DNA of 64,000 nt from Pseudomonadota bacterium (GTDB taxonomy: Bacteria; Pseudomonadota; Gammaproteobacteria; Steroidobacterales; Woeseiaceae). The notes below the pieces were generated by a model. That model saw nothing but the letters and a program-made list of their open reading frames with translations. It made no database searches and was not told the origin of the DNA. Positions 52,343-61,502 of the stretch are shown in pieces. The stretch lies in contig JBCDJX010000005.1 of NCBI GenBank assembly GCA_038747355.1, positions 5,380-69,379 on the forward strand. Reading direction: 5' to 3'. The stretch's first letter is position 1, and the number at the start of each line of letters is the position of its first letter. A program made the translations under genes and the position numbers.

Positions 52343-52587
52343 GACAGCCTATGCCTCGCGAATGCAGCGATCCTCGCTTGGCGCCAGTTGGGATTTAAGT
52401 GTGACATATACGTAGTTGACCTGAGTCGTAGCGTTGATTCAGGCCCATTGTGTAAGCCGCCGCGGTCGAGGGCATTAGACTTTGGTCTAGAAACCTCCCG
52501 TATTCGACTAACGGCTAATGGTCCAGCTGATAGCCATCATGAACCATGACCTCAACGTTCCACAGATTGACTCGAACGGGGGAAACG

Positions 52588-53871
52588 ATGAGGGTTTCGA
52601 CGAAACGACTGGCACTCGCCGCCGCGATAGCGGCATCACTCGCGGGAGGTGCCGCGCATGCCCAGGATGCTGACGTGGCGGCACTTGAGGCGCGCGTCGC
52701 GCAACTGGAAAAGATGCTGCAGGAAGTCTTGACGGCCAGCAGCACGACCGTGGAGGCGACCGCGCCGCCCGCCGCCGAGAAGCCAAAAGGCCAGCCCACC
52801 AGCACCTACAAGTTTGGTGGCTATCTGAAATTCGACGGTATGTTCAGTGACTACAGTGGCGGTGATCTCGCACCCAGCAGCGCCGGTACGCAATTCTATA
52901 TACCCGGCACGATTCCGGTTGGCGGCTCACCCAGCGAAGGTCCCGACGCCGATTTTCAGGCGCAGGAGTCACGCATCTACTTCAAGAGTGATCACGACCT
53001 TGGCAATGGCGACAAGGTCAGTACGCATCTCGAATTTGACTTCTTCCTGAGCCCGGGCGGCAACGAGCGCATCAGCAACAGTTGGGCGCCGCGCACACGG
53101 CATGCCTTTGTGAAGTACAACAACTGGCTGTTCGGGCAGACCTGGACGACCTTCCAGGATGTCGGCGCGCTGCCGGAGAACCTCGATTTCGTCGGGCCCG
53201 CCGAGTCCACGGTTTTCGGTCGCCAGGCGATGGTGCGCTATACCACCGGCAACTGGGAATTCGCGGTTGAAAACCCCGAGACCACGGTCACGCCGTTTGG
53301 TGGTGGTGGCCGAATCGTCACTGACGACGGCACCATGCCCGATCTCGTTGCACGCTATACCCACACGTTTGATAACGGCTATATCAAGGCGGCAACGCTG
53401 GTTCGACAGCTGAACTACAAAACCGCCGGGGTCGACACCGACGAGATGAGTTATGGACTGAGCCTGTCCGGCAAGATCATGTTCGGCGTTGACGACTTTC
53501 GCTGGATGGCAACCACCGGCAGCGGCCTCGGTCGCTACCTTGGCCTGAACACGGCGAATGGCGGTGTGCTCGACGCAAACAACGCGCTTCAGGCCATCGA
53601 CAGCTGGGCGGCTTTCGCGTCCTATCGTCACTTCTGGACCGACGACTGGCGATCGAGTTTCACGGTTGGCTACCTCAGCGTTGACAACGACACGAGCCTG
53701 ACCGGCACGGGCGTGACTGAGGAGGTGAACAGCTTCCACATCAACCTGTTGTATTCACCGCTTCCAAAAATGACTGTGGGTGGTGAGTTGCTGTTTGCGG
53801 ATCGCACGATCGAATCCGGTGCGTCAGGGGACATGACGCGACTGATTCTTTCCGCGAAATACGTTTTCTGA
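52588..53871 (+). CDS. DcaP-like outer-membrane porin (N-terminal coiled coil plus beta-barrel)
   Basis: The ATG at 52588 follows GGGGGAAA, and the signal peptide is MRVSTKRLALAAAIAASLAGGAAHA. The coiled coil VAALEARVAQLEKMLQEV is followed by a barrel ending in LSAKYVF. Confidence 0.8.
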   Translation: MRVSTKRLALAAAIAASLAGGAAHAQDADVAALEARVAQLEKMLQEVLTASSTTVEATAPPAAEKPKGQPTSTYKFGGYLKFDGMFSDYSGGDLAPSSAGTQFYIPGTIPVGGSPSEGPDADFQAQESRIYFKSDHDLGNGDKVSTHLEFDFFLSPGGNERISNSWAPRTRHAFVKYNNWLFGQTWTTFQDVGALPENLDFVGPAESTVFGRQAMVRYTTGNWEFAVENPETTVTPFGGGGRIVTDDGTMPDLVARYTHTFDNGYIKAATLVRQLNYKTAGVDTDEMSYGLSLSGKIMFGVDDFRWMATTGSGLGRYLGLNTANGGVLDANNALQAIDSWAAFASYRHFWTDDWRSSFTVGYLSVDNDTSLTGTGVTEEVNSFHINLLYSPLPKMTVGGELLFADRTIESGASGDMTRLILSAKYVF

Positions 53872-53897
53872 GCGAGTCCCCCCGCACTCGCCGCATC

Positions 53898-53935
53898 ACC
53901 GGCGGTGCCGACGAGGTGCCGCCGGTTTTTATGTT
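53898..53935 (+). terminator. Rho-independent terminator after the porin gene
   Basis: ACCGGCGG (53898-53905) pairs with CCGCCGGT (53919-53926) and is followed by TTTTATGTTTT. Confidence 0.65.
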
Positions 53936-53961
53936 TTCACGGTCAGTGCCAGAATGACGCC

Positions 53962-55800
53962 ATGAAAGAGCTGCCGGAGATCACGGAGTACCTTGCGGGC
54001 CTGCCGGGCTTCGACCAGCTTGCACCCAATGAGCTCGCCGCCTGCGCTCGTGGCATCGAAATCGCCTACTACCGAAAAGGGCAGGACGTGCTGACCGTCG
54101 GTAGCGACAATCAACACCTGCACATCATCCGCAGTGGCGCCATCGAACTCCGTGACGAAGAGGAGCGAATGATGACGCAGTTGGCCGAGGGTGATTGCTT
54201 CGGCTTTTCATCGCTGATGAACCGGGCACCCGCTCGCAATCATTCCGTCGCCATGGAAGACACCCTCGTCTATCACCTGAAGGCCGAAGCATTCGCGCGG
54301 TCGCGCCGCGCGAGCGCTGCATTCGATGACTGGTTTATTCGCGCACTGACAGATCGACTGACACTGCGCGCGCCGGTCGAGACATTCCGTGGCGTCTCGG
54401 GTGAGACCGTACGTTCGCTGGTCAAACGCGAGCCTGTCTGCATGGTTTCGACAGCCAGCATCCGCGAAACCGCGCAACGCATGGTCGATGAGCGAGTATC
54501 GGCGATGCTGATCAAGGCTGGCGAAGAGCTGATGGGTATCGTCACTGATCGCGACATACGCAAGCGTGTCGTGGCGGCCGGGCTGTCCAGCGAGCGACCG
54601 GTAACCGAGATCATGTCGGCATCGCCCATCACGCTCGACGCTGATGCGCACGCGTATGAGGCCGCCATGGTCATGATGCAGAACAACATCCATCACCTGC
54701 CTGTCGTCGACGAATCCGGTCTGCTCGGCATGGTGTCTCGCAGCGACTTTATGCGACTCGAAACCGAGCACCCGCTCTATCTCGTCAGCGATATCGGCAA
54801 ACAGACGACCGCCGCAGGTGTGGTCTCCGCCTGCAGTCGCCTGCCGGCGCTGGTCATCGGACAGATCGAATCGGACGCTGACGGAGAGCACCTCGGCAAG
54901 TTCATCACGATGATCACCGATGCTGTGACACGCCAGCTACTGATGATCGCTGAGAGCGAACTGGGGCCGGCTCCATGCACATACGCATGGGTGGCGCTGG
55001 GTTCCCAGGGGCGATTCGAGCAGTCAGCGAAGAGCGATCAGGACAACGCGCTGTTGCTTTCCGATGACGCCACCGCGGAGGACGACGACTATTTCAAAGC
55101 GATGGCGAAAATCGTCAACGACGGCCTGGATGCCTGCGGCTACGTGTATTGCCCCGGCGACGTGATGGCGTCCAATCCGTCGTGGCGCAAATCCCTCAAC
55201 CACTGGAAGCAGGTCTTCCATCGCTGGATCACGGTACCCGAAGAGAAGGCCCTGATGCACGCCAACATCTTTTTCGATCTGCGCTGTGTACACGGTGACG
55301 CATCGCTCGTGGATGAGCTCAAAACCAGTGTGCGCGACGACGCGAAAAGCAATGAAATTTTCCTCGCGCTCATGGCCAAGAACGCGATGAACTTTCAGCC
55401 GCCGCTGGGCTTCTTTCGCCAGTTCGTCCTGGAGCGATCCGGCGACCACAAAAACACGCTGGACCTGAAGCTTCACGGGATCATGCCCATTGTGGAGATC
55501 GCTCGTATACGCTCACTGGCGGCGGGTGAGTTGCGCATCAACACACGCAATCGCCTGCGCGCCGCGGCGAAGGCCGGCGAACTCACTGACGCTGATGCCG
55601 CCAATCTCATCGATGCGCTGAATTTCATCGAAAAACTGCGTATTGAGCACCAGTGCCGACAACTGCAGTCCGGGCAGAGCCCCGACAATCACCTGGCGCC
55701 GGACGAGTTGTCGCCGTTGGTGCGACAAAACCTGAAATCTGCGTTCGCGCAGGTTCGCGTTAGCCAGTCGGCGCTGTTGAATCGCTTCCACCTGGCGTGA
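53962..55800 (+). CDS. cNMP-binding / tandem-CBS / DUF294 putative nucleotidyltransferase
   Basis: The ATG is at 53962 (MKELPEI...). The cyclic-nucleotide-binding fold reads ELRDEEERMMTQLAEGDCFGFSSLM. Two CBS motifs are present (LMGIVTDRDIRKRV and LLGMVSRSDFMRLE). The NTase core is WVALGSQGRFEQSAKSDQDNALLL, followed by a DUF294_C-like helical end. Confidence 0.88.
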   Translation: MKELPEITEYLAGLPGFDQLAPNELAACARGIEIAYYRKGQDVLTVGSDNQHLHIIRSGAIELRDEEERMMTQLAEGDCFGFSSLMNRAPARNHSVAMEDTLVYHLKAEAFARSRRASAAFDDWFIRALTDRLTLRAPVETFRGVSGETVRSLVKREPVCMVSTASIRETAQRMVDERVSAMLIKAGEELMGIVTDRDIRKRVVAAGLSSERPVTEIMSASPITLDADAHAYEAAMVMMQNNIHHLPVVDESGLLGMVSRSDFMRLETEHPLYLVSDIGKQTTAAGVVSACSRLPALVIGQIESDADGEHLGKFITMITDAVTRQLLMIAESELGPAPCTYAWVALGSQGRFEQSAKSDQDNALLLSDDATAEDDDYFKAMAKIVNDGLDACGYVYCPGDVMASNPSWRKSLNHWKQVFHRWITVPEEKALMHANIFFDLRCVHGDASLVDELKTSVRDDAKSNEIFLALMAKNAMNFQPPLGFFRQFVLERSGDHKNTLDLKLHGIMPIVEIARIRSLAAGELRINTRNRLRAAAKAGELTDADAANLIDALNFIEKLRIEHQCRQLQSGQSPDNHLAPDELSPLVRQNLKSAFAQVRVSQSALLNRFHLA

Positions 55801-56456
55801 TCGGCCTCAGGCTCAAACGCTGGAGGTACCGGCGGCGGGGAGCCCCCTCACCGATGGACGCGTTACTTAACGCGGACGTTCCGGGTCGCGCGGCGACAAT
55901 CGATGGCGTCGAGTTCGTCGTGCTCGACATCGAAACAACAGGGCTGGAGGCTGCAACAGCGGATGTGTTGAGCGTTGGCTGGGTCATCGTGCGCCACGGG
56001 CGCGTCGATCTCGACAGTGCGGAGAGCCACTTTGTAAAACCCGACGGTGAGGTTGGTGTCAGCGCGACAGTGCACGGGCTGACCGACACGGTTGTTGCCA
56101 CCGGCATGCCGATAGCGACGGTGATAGACAAGATCATCGTGGCGCTCACATCGCGCGTGCTGGTGGTCCACCACGCTGGTCTCGACAAGGCGCTGCTGGA
56201 CCGTTTGTGCAGCGACAAGTTTGGCTGTCCGCTGCCTGTTCCCGTTGTGGATACGCTGGCCCTGGAAAGCCGTCGTCGAGCGCGGCAGCATCATCTCGAG
56301 GAAACGTCACAGCTGACCCTGTCGGCGCTGCGTGAGCACTACGGACTGCCGCGGTACGCGGCGCATGACAGCCTCGTCGATGCCATAGCGACGGCCGAGC
56401 TGCTGCTGGCCATGCGGACACGTCATTCGCTTCGATCGTTGGCGGAGCTGATGTAG
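55797..56456 (+). CDS. DEDD-family 3'-5' exonuclease (DNA polymerase III epsilon-like)
   Basis: ExoI is FVVLDIETTGL, ExoII is VVHHAGLDKALL and ExoIII is HDSLVDAIATAELL. The start is either GTG 55797, overlapping the DUF294 stop (GTGA), or ATG 55854. Confidence 0.85.
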   Translation: MIGLRLKRWRYRRRGAPSPMDALLNADVPGRAATIDGVEFVVLDIETTGLEAATADVLSVGWVIVRHGRVDLDSAESHFVKPDGEVGVSATVHGLTDTVVATGMPIATVIDKIIVALTSRVLVVHHAGLDKALLDRLCSDKFGCPLPVPVVDTLALESRRRARQHHLEETSQLTLSALREHYGLPRYAAHDSLVDAIATAELLLAMRTRHSLRSLAELM

Positions 56457-56459
56457 ATA

Positions 56460-56963
56460 TCAGTCCGGCTCTTTTTCCTTCTCCTTTTCTTTCTTTTTGC
56501 GTTCCTTTTCCTTCTTCTTCGCCCGCTTTTTCTCGCGCTTCTCCTTGCGCTTCTCCGCCTCGGCGGCCCGTCGCACCTGGTCCTCTTCGCTTGCGATGCC
56601 CATGGCTTCCTGTGGGCTCATGACCTGCTGAATGGAGGCGACACGACAGGACGGCATATCGATGTTTCTGTAGTAGTACGCCACCTTGGGCCGACTGTTG
56701 GAGCAGACGCGCATCGATCGGGTATCGAAGCTGATGTTGTAACCGTCGCTGATATTCGAGCAGCGACCGTCGAACGACACGAGGTACTGGTCATTGGCGG
56801 AACGCACGTACATCGAGTAGTCCGTGATCGCCTGGAAGTACATCCGGCTGTAGTTCTTGATCGCTATGCAGTCGTTGCGTTTGCGGTTGTCTTCCTCCAG
56901 GTCATCCTGGCTCGCGGATGTACCACCGACCAGAAGGAGTGCTGCCAGGATCAGGTAACGCAT
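56460..56963 (-). CDS. Secreted hypothetical protein (DUF6491-like core, tentative) with an extremely Lys/Glu-rich C-terminal tail
   Basis: It has the signal peptide MRYLILAALLLVGGTSA and a Cys-containing core (CIAIKNY...FDGRCSNI...MRVCSN...MPSCRV). The tail is EKRKEKREKKRAKKKEKERKKKEKEKEKEPD. GC content is lower than in its neighbours. Confidence 0.7.
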   Translation of the reverse strand: MRYLILAALLLVGGTSASQDDLEEDNRKRNDCIAIKNYSRMYFQAITDYSMYVRSANDQYLVSFDGRCSNISDGYNISFDTRSMRVCSNSRPKVAYYYRNIDMPSCRVASIQQVMSPQEAMGIASEEDQVRRAAEAEKRKEKREKKRAKKKEKERKKKEKEKEKEPD

Positions 56964-56985
56964 TCAGTTCTCCCTTCGACTCAAT

Positions 56986-58662
56986 TTACTCGATGCGCTC
57001 GGCGCGCTGCACAATGGCGCCCTGGTGGAGCGTCAGCGCGCTGACCCTTCCGCTATCGTCGCGTTCAAAGTGCAACTCAGCGTCGACGACCTTATAGAAG
57101 AACACGTCGTCGCCCTTGTAGTAGATCGGAAACGCCTGTTGCCCTGTCAGTTGCGCTGTCAGCCCGTCGCCACCCTCGCGGATGCTGAATTTCACCGCGA
57201 CATTCATCGCGAAATCGCCGACGTAGTCAGACAATGTGTCCTTTGCGATGTCCACTTCCGCTCGTTCATTGCTGGTCGCTTCATCGGCGACCCGAGCACC
57301 TGGATTGACCACGCCAGCCTGCACCAGTTCCACGCCGCTGACGACACCGTCCTCACGCAGGAAGTGCAAACTGGCGTCGGCGATGTTCAGGCTATACCAG
57401 TCGTTTCCGCCGTCGTACAGGCGCGCGGCGGCCTGTCCGGACACCTGTCCCACCAGGTAGCCACTGCGCTCGAACACACCAATGCCAACACCGGGTGCGA
57501 TTTCATACTGGCCCATTACACTCTCGTCGATCTCCGGGGCAGGTCGACCTTGCTTGGTGCTGCCGAGCATGGTCAGTCCTTTCTCGGTGGGGCCATCACC
57601 GCCGGCAACCAGGATGGCTACCGCCTGATTGGTGTCGGGGCGAAAACCGAAAAAGGTCAGGTAGCCGCCGGTGCCGCCGTTGTGCCAATAGATCGGCTGA
57701 TCATCAGCCCACGTCATGTGCCAGACGCGAGTCACGTCGAAGTCAGGGCCCGCCTGGGCAATGGAGTCGCGGACCGCCTCGATGTCATGCTTCAACGGCG
57801 ACTCCGCCTGCCCGAGCATCACCTGCGCGAGGCGGACGAAATCTGAGGTTGATCCCCAGAGCGCGCCGGCGGCTGCGATGGGTTCCGGGAGCAGCCAGGC
57901 CGGTACGACGCTGCCACTGCGATAGCCATCGGCGAGGTTGTCGCTGCGCTCAAAGCCCGTCTCCTCAAGACCAAGTGGTGCCACGACCTGCGCGATAACT
58001 TCCTCCGTGTAGCTGCTGCCTTCGAGCTGCCCCAGACGATAGCCCAGCAGGCCCATGCCGAGATTGGAGTAGCCGTATTCCGCAACCAGGACCTGTTTGT
58101 TTCTCGCCTGCGCGATCTCGGCGTTCAGCTGCTCGGCGGTGTAGTCCTTGTAAGGGTCCTGCGGGTCCGTCGGGGCAAAGTTGGACGGCATGCGTGCGAG
58201 TCCGCTGGTGTGGGTCGCGAGCTGCTCCATCGTGACCTTGCCCAGATCGGCATTGGCGAAGGTGAAATCCTCGCCCATCAGATCGCCGAGCGCGGTGTCG
58301 TAGCCCAACTTTCCGTCAGCGACCATTTCGGCCAGCAGCATATTGGTGAACACCTTGGTGATCGAGCCGATCTGGTACTGGGTGTTTTCATTCGGCGCGG
58401 CGCCGTCCGGCGATATCGCGCCGCCGCTGTAGTAGCTGACGCTGTCGCCATCGAGCAGCATGGCGCTGATCGCGAGGCTGTCGCCGTCATTCACGGCCTT
58501 ATCGATCCAGTCCTGCAGCTCGCTGTCGGCGGCCGACGACCCGGGCTGAGCGTCGGACATCGGCGCCGAGGAGTCGCCGGCCGGCTGGCAACCAGCCAGC
58601 AGAAGGACCAGTCCCGCCAGCAATAGCAGGGCGTAAAACGTGGCACGTACTGATTTATTCAT
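56986..58662 (-). CDS. Serine hydrolase of the beta-lactamase (class C / esterase) family, lipoprotein, with extra C-terminal domain
   Basis: The lipobox is LLLAGC. It carries SxxK (GSITKVFT) and YSN (YGYSNLGMG) motifs. A C-terminal beta-rich domain of about 150 aa follows. Confidence 0.88.
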   Translation of the reverse strand: MNKSVRATFYALLLLAGLVLLLAGCQPAGDSSAPMSDAQPGSSAADSELQDWIDKAVNDGDSLAISAMLLDGDSVSYYSGGAISPDGAAPNENTQYQIGSITKVFTNMLLAEMVADGKLGYDTALGDLMGEDFTFANADLGKVTMEQLATHTSGLARMPSNFAPTDPQDPYKDYTAEQLNAEIAQARNKQVLVAEYGYSNLGMGLLGYRLGQLEGSSYTEEVIAQVVAPLGLEETGFERSDNLADGYRSGSVVPAWLLPEPIAAAGALWGSTSDFVRLAQVMLGQAESPLKHDIEAVRDSIAQAGPDFDVTRVWHMTWADDQPIYWHNGGTGGYLTFFGFRPDTNQAVAILVAGGDGPTEKGLTMLGSTKQGRPAPEIDESVMGQYEIAPGVGIGVFERSGYLVGQVSGQAAARLYDGGNDWYSLNIADASLHFLREDGVVSGVELVQAGVVNPGARVADEATSNERAEVDIAKDTLSDYVGDFAMNVAVKFSIREGGDGLTAQLTGQQAFPIYYKGDDVFFYKVVDAELHFERDDSGRVSALTLHQGAIVQRAERIE

Positions 58663-58724
58663 CGTGGTATCCCCATCCGGACATCGGTGTCCGCCTACCC
58701 CTATCTACGTATTAGCGTGTTGTT

Positions 58725-59699
58725 TTATTCCTCGTTGCGCGGTGACGACTCACGAAGAAAGTCCTGTAGCGCAAGCACGGTTTCAGCGGGTGCTTCCTCG
58801 TGCGGCACGTGGCCCAGGTGGCCCCACGCCACCAGCGTCGCGTTGTCGATATCCGTAACGAAATGAGCGGCACTTGAAAACGGGATCAATCGGTCCTTTT
58901 TACCCCACAGCACGAGTGTGGGTTGCCCGATCTCCGGGATGCGCTCGGAGAGTGCCGTCGAGTTGAATTGTTGCATTCGCTTGCCCAGTGCCTGCCGATT
59001 GCCGGCGCGAGTCGACAGATCGTAGTAGCGATCGATCAGTTCGTCCGTGACCAGCGATGGATCGCCAAACACATTCTCCACACTGCTGCGCACGATGAAA
59101 CGCGGTAACACGTTGTTCATCAGATCGCGCAGGACGGGCGTCCCGGCGATTCGGAAGCCAATCGGCACCGACGTCGACTGTAGCGGATAGCCGCTGGAAT
59201 CGACGAGAACCAGGCGCTCCACGCGTTCCGGGTGCATAACGGCGGTTGCCCAGGCGATGTGGCCACCCAGCGAATTTCCGACAAGCACAACCCGTTCGGC
59301 CATCACTGCATCGAGGCTGGCGATAACGAAGTCGACATACGCTTCGATCGAATAGTCGTCGTCCGGGTGTGGGCCTGTCAGGCCGAACCCCGGCAGGTCA
59401 AAACGAACCACTCGGTAGTCCTGGCGCAGAGCCTCCGCCCAGCCATCCCAGGTATGAAGTGAACTCGCGGTCCCGTGCAGAAGCGCGACGGTGACGCCGG
59501 CATCGACAGGGCCCTCATCGCGCAGGTGAACATCCATTCCCTCCACTCGAAGGAAACGGGAGGGCGCTTCGGCCCATTTGTCGGTGAGATCGCCGACCGC
59601 CCTGTCGGGTTGCCAGTGAATCGCGGCGAAAACGCCCAGGCCGACAACGGCGATCAAGGCGGCTGCCGCGACCGATTTAATCATGCGTGCTAGAAACAC
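58725..59699 (-). CDS. Alpha/beta-fold hydrolase with N-terminal membrane anchor
   Basis: It has HGTASS (an HG oxyanion motif), the nucleophile elbow LVGNSLGGHIA and a C-terminal GHVPHEE. The start is uncertain: 59699 or 59684. Confidence 0.88.
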   Translation of the reverse strand: MFLARMIKSVAAAALIAVVGLGVFAAIHWQPDRAVGDLTDKWAEAPSRFLRVEGMDVHLRDEGPVDAGVTVALLHGTASSLHTWDGWAEALRQDYRVVRFDLPGFGLTGPHPDDDYSIEAYVDFVIASLDAVMAERVVLVGNSLGGHIAWATAVMHPERVERLVLVDSSGYPLQSTSVPIGFRIAGTPVLRDLMNNVLPRFIVRSSVENVFGDPSLVTDELIDRYYDLSTRAGNRQALGKRMQQFNSTALSERIPEIGQPTLVLWGKKDRLIPFSSAAHFVTDIDNATLVAWGHLGHVPHEEAPAETVLALQDFLRESSPRNEE

Positions 59700-59903
59700 A
59701 GGCTTTCGGTTCTTATTGGATTATTCGCATCGACCGCGTCAAAAATAACACACGCGGATCGGCGACGGGTCGCGCTACGGCGTCTGCAAACCGATGTTTA
59801 TCCCGGCAAACGCGGATTGCTCTTGGGTAGACGGATGAAATGACCCCGACGGCGCGACCTGATGGTCTCGCCAGGATTTCGTGTGGAATCGCGGGAGCGC
59901 GAA

Positions 59904-59979
59904 TGGTGGCCAGGGGCGGAATCGAACCACCGACACGCGGATTTTCAATCCGCTGCTCTACCAACTGAGCTACCTGGCC
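59904..59979 (-). tRNA. tRNA-Phe (anticodon GAA)
   Basis: The reverse complement is GGCCAGGTAGCTCAGTTGGTAGAGCAGCGGATTGAAAATCCGCGTGTCGGTGGTTCGATTCCGCCCCTGGCCACCA. The 7-bp acceptor stem is GGCCAGG/CCTGGCC and the D arm is GCTC/GAGC. The anticodon stem GCGGA/TCCGC carries the loop TTGAAAA. The T arm ends in TTCGATT, and CCA is encoded. Confidence 0.95.
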
Positions 59980-60056
59980 ATCGCGAAGAGCGGCGTATTA
60001 CACAGCCGAGGCGAACCTGAGTCAAGCCCGACCGTTGGATCGAGAAGTCGGGCGCT

Positions 60057-60401
60057 TCATTTGTCCCGATTCGTGCGCGATGTCGGTTGGTCGGCATCGT
60101 CCATGTGATAGGCGTCCCAGACGTAAGCCGGGCCTTTCATGATGTAGACGACGACACAGCCGATTGCGACGGTCAGTACGGCGGTCAGGAAGGTGAGTTC
60201 GGCTGCGATCGCGAAAATGTCGACAGTTCTGATGTGCTTCGCCGCATCGACACCCGGTTGAACAGGAAGAATCCGGACGAGGATGACGAGCGCCAGCGGC
60301 AGGAGTGAGCCCAGCAGTGTGATCACGGGCAAGCGCCTCAATAGCCGGGTCTCAAGGCCCGGTGGCGAGCGACGCTCGTGGAGTTTTCTGAAAGGGGACA
60401 T
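60057..60401 (-). CDS. Small membrane protein of unknown function (2 TM)
   Basis: The ATG at 60401 gives MSPFRKLHERRSPPG. Two hydrophobic helices follow (LPVITLLGSLLPLALVILV and IFAIAAELTFLTAVLTVAIGCVVVYI). Confidence 0.55.
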   Translation of the reverse strand: MSPFRKLHERRSPPGLETRLLRRLPVITLLGSLLPLALVILVRILPVQPGVDAAKHIRTVDIFAIAAELTFLTAVLTVAIGCVVVYIMKGPAYVWDAYHMDDADQPTSRTNRDK

Positions 60402-60537
60402 ACCGCGCTCGAGGGTGCGACTACAGTCAGTCCAGTATGCACTCGACACCGATGCCGCAGGTCCGTTCTGCAGCGAGTGTGACAAAAACATACATTTACT
60501 GGCTCAGGGCAGCTGGCACGACGATGCGGTTCGTCTT

Positions 60538-61281
60538 TCAGGTCTCGTCGAGCACGGCCATGGCGGCACCGATGATGCCTGCGTTGTTCAGAAATCTTGC
60601 GATATGAATCGGCGTCTGAACGGTCAGCTGCTGCTCATAGCGGTCGAACTTCTTGCTGGCACCGCCACCGAGTATGTAGTGGTCAGGCGTCATGACACGT
60701 GTGGTCTTGCGCAGAAAGTAATCCAGCCGCGTTCCCCATTCGTCCCATGACAGCTCCTCGGCTTTTCGTGCTCGGTCACTGGCGTAGTTTTCTATGGACT
60801 CGCCGTCTTTGCCCGGCATATGGCCGATTTCCAGGTTCGGGACGAGGCGACCGTCATGAAACAGGCCGCTGCCGATGCCCGTGCCGATCGTGACGGTGAT
60901 CACCAGGCCCTGCAGATCAACGCCGGCGCCAAGTCGCATCTCCGCCACCGCCGCTGCGTCGGCGTCGTTTAACACCGTGAAGGGGAGCCCGGTTGCATCA
61001 CTGAAGGTCTTGTCGACCCGCTCGCCGAGCCAGGCGTCATCGATGTTGGCCGCGGTGCGGCTGCGGCCATCAACGATCGCCGCCGGGAAGCAGCAGCCGA
61101 CCGGTCCGTCGTAATTGAACTCGCCAAGCAGTTCGTTAACGGCGGATGCCATATTGGCCGGCGTGGACTCTGCGGGTGTTGGAATTCGCTGGCGATCACC
61201 GACCAGTTCGCCGCTGCCGGTATCCACCAGAGCCGCCTTGATGCCCGAGCCGCCAATGTCGATGCCAAGAACCTGAGTCAT
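60538..61281 (-). CDS. ppgK: ROK-family polyphosphate/ATP glucokinase
   Basis: The ATG at 61281 gives MTQVLGIDIGGSGIKAALVD (the N-terminal phosphate-1 motif typical of PpgK). Also present are VTIGTGIGSGLF and a C-terminal YILGGGASKKF. Confidence 0.82.
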   Translation of the reverse strand: MTQVLGIDIGGSGIKAALVDTGSGELVGDRQRIPTPAESTPANMASAVNELLGEFNYDGPVGCCFPAAIVDGRSRTAANIDDAWLGERVDKTFSDATGLPFTVLNDADAAAVAEMRLGAGVDLQGLVITVTIGTGIGSGLFHDGRLVPNLEIGHMPGKDGESIENYASDRARKAEELSWDEWGTRLDYFLRKTTRVMTPDHYILGGGASKKFDRYEQQLTVQTPIHIARFLNNAGIIGAAMAVLDET

Positions 61282-61502
61282 GCCTGCCCCCCGCGAGCGC
61301 TTCAGATGCGCCGCATAGTAACGCATCCATGCCTGGGACTGGACCGGCGTGCCACGCCGTTTTCTCGTGGCCCTTGGTATCCCGGTTGTTATTGAGTGTC
61401 GTTGCCGGCGGTCGGAAATTTGTTACGCATTTTTCGGCGTTTCCTGTTCGCTTGTCATTCCTGCGTCGCTACACTGTCGCCTCAGCGATCCGCAGGTACC
61501 CC

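Noticed and set aside
59700-59903. Genomic island integrated at the 3' end of tRNA-Phe
   Set aside because: I saw no integrase, no direct repeat of the tRNA 3' end and no compositional break. Flanking genes are ordinary hydrolases with host-like codon usage.
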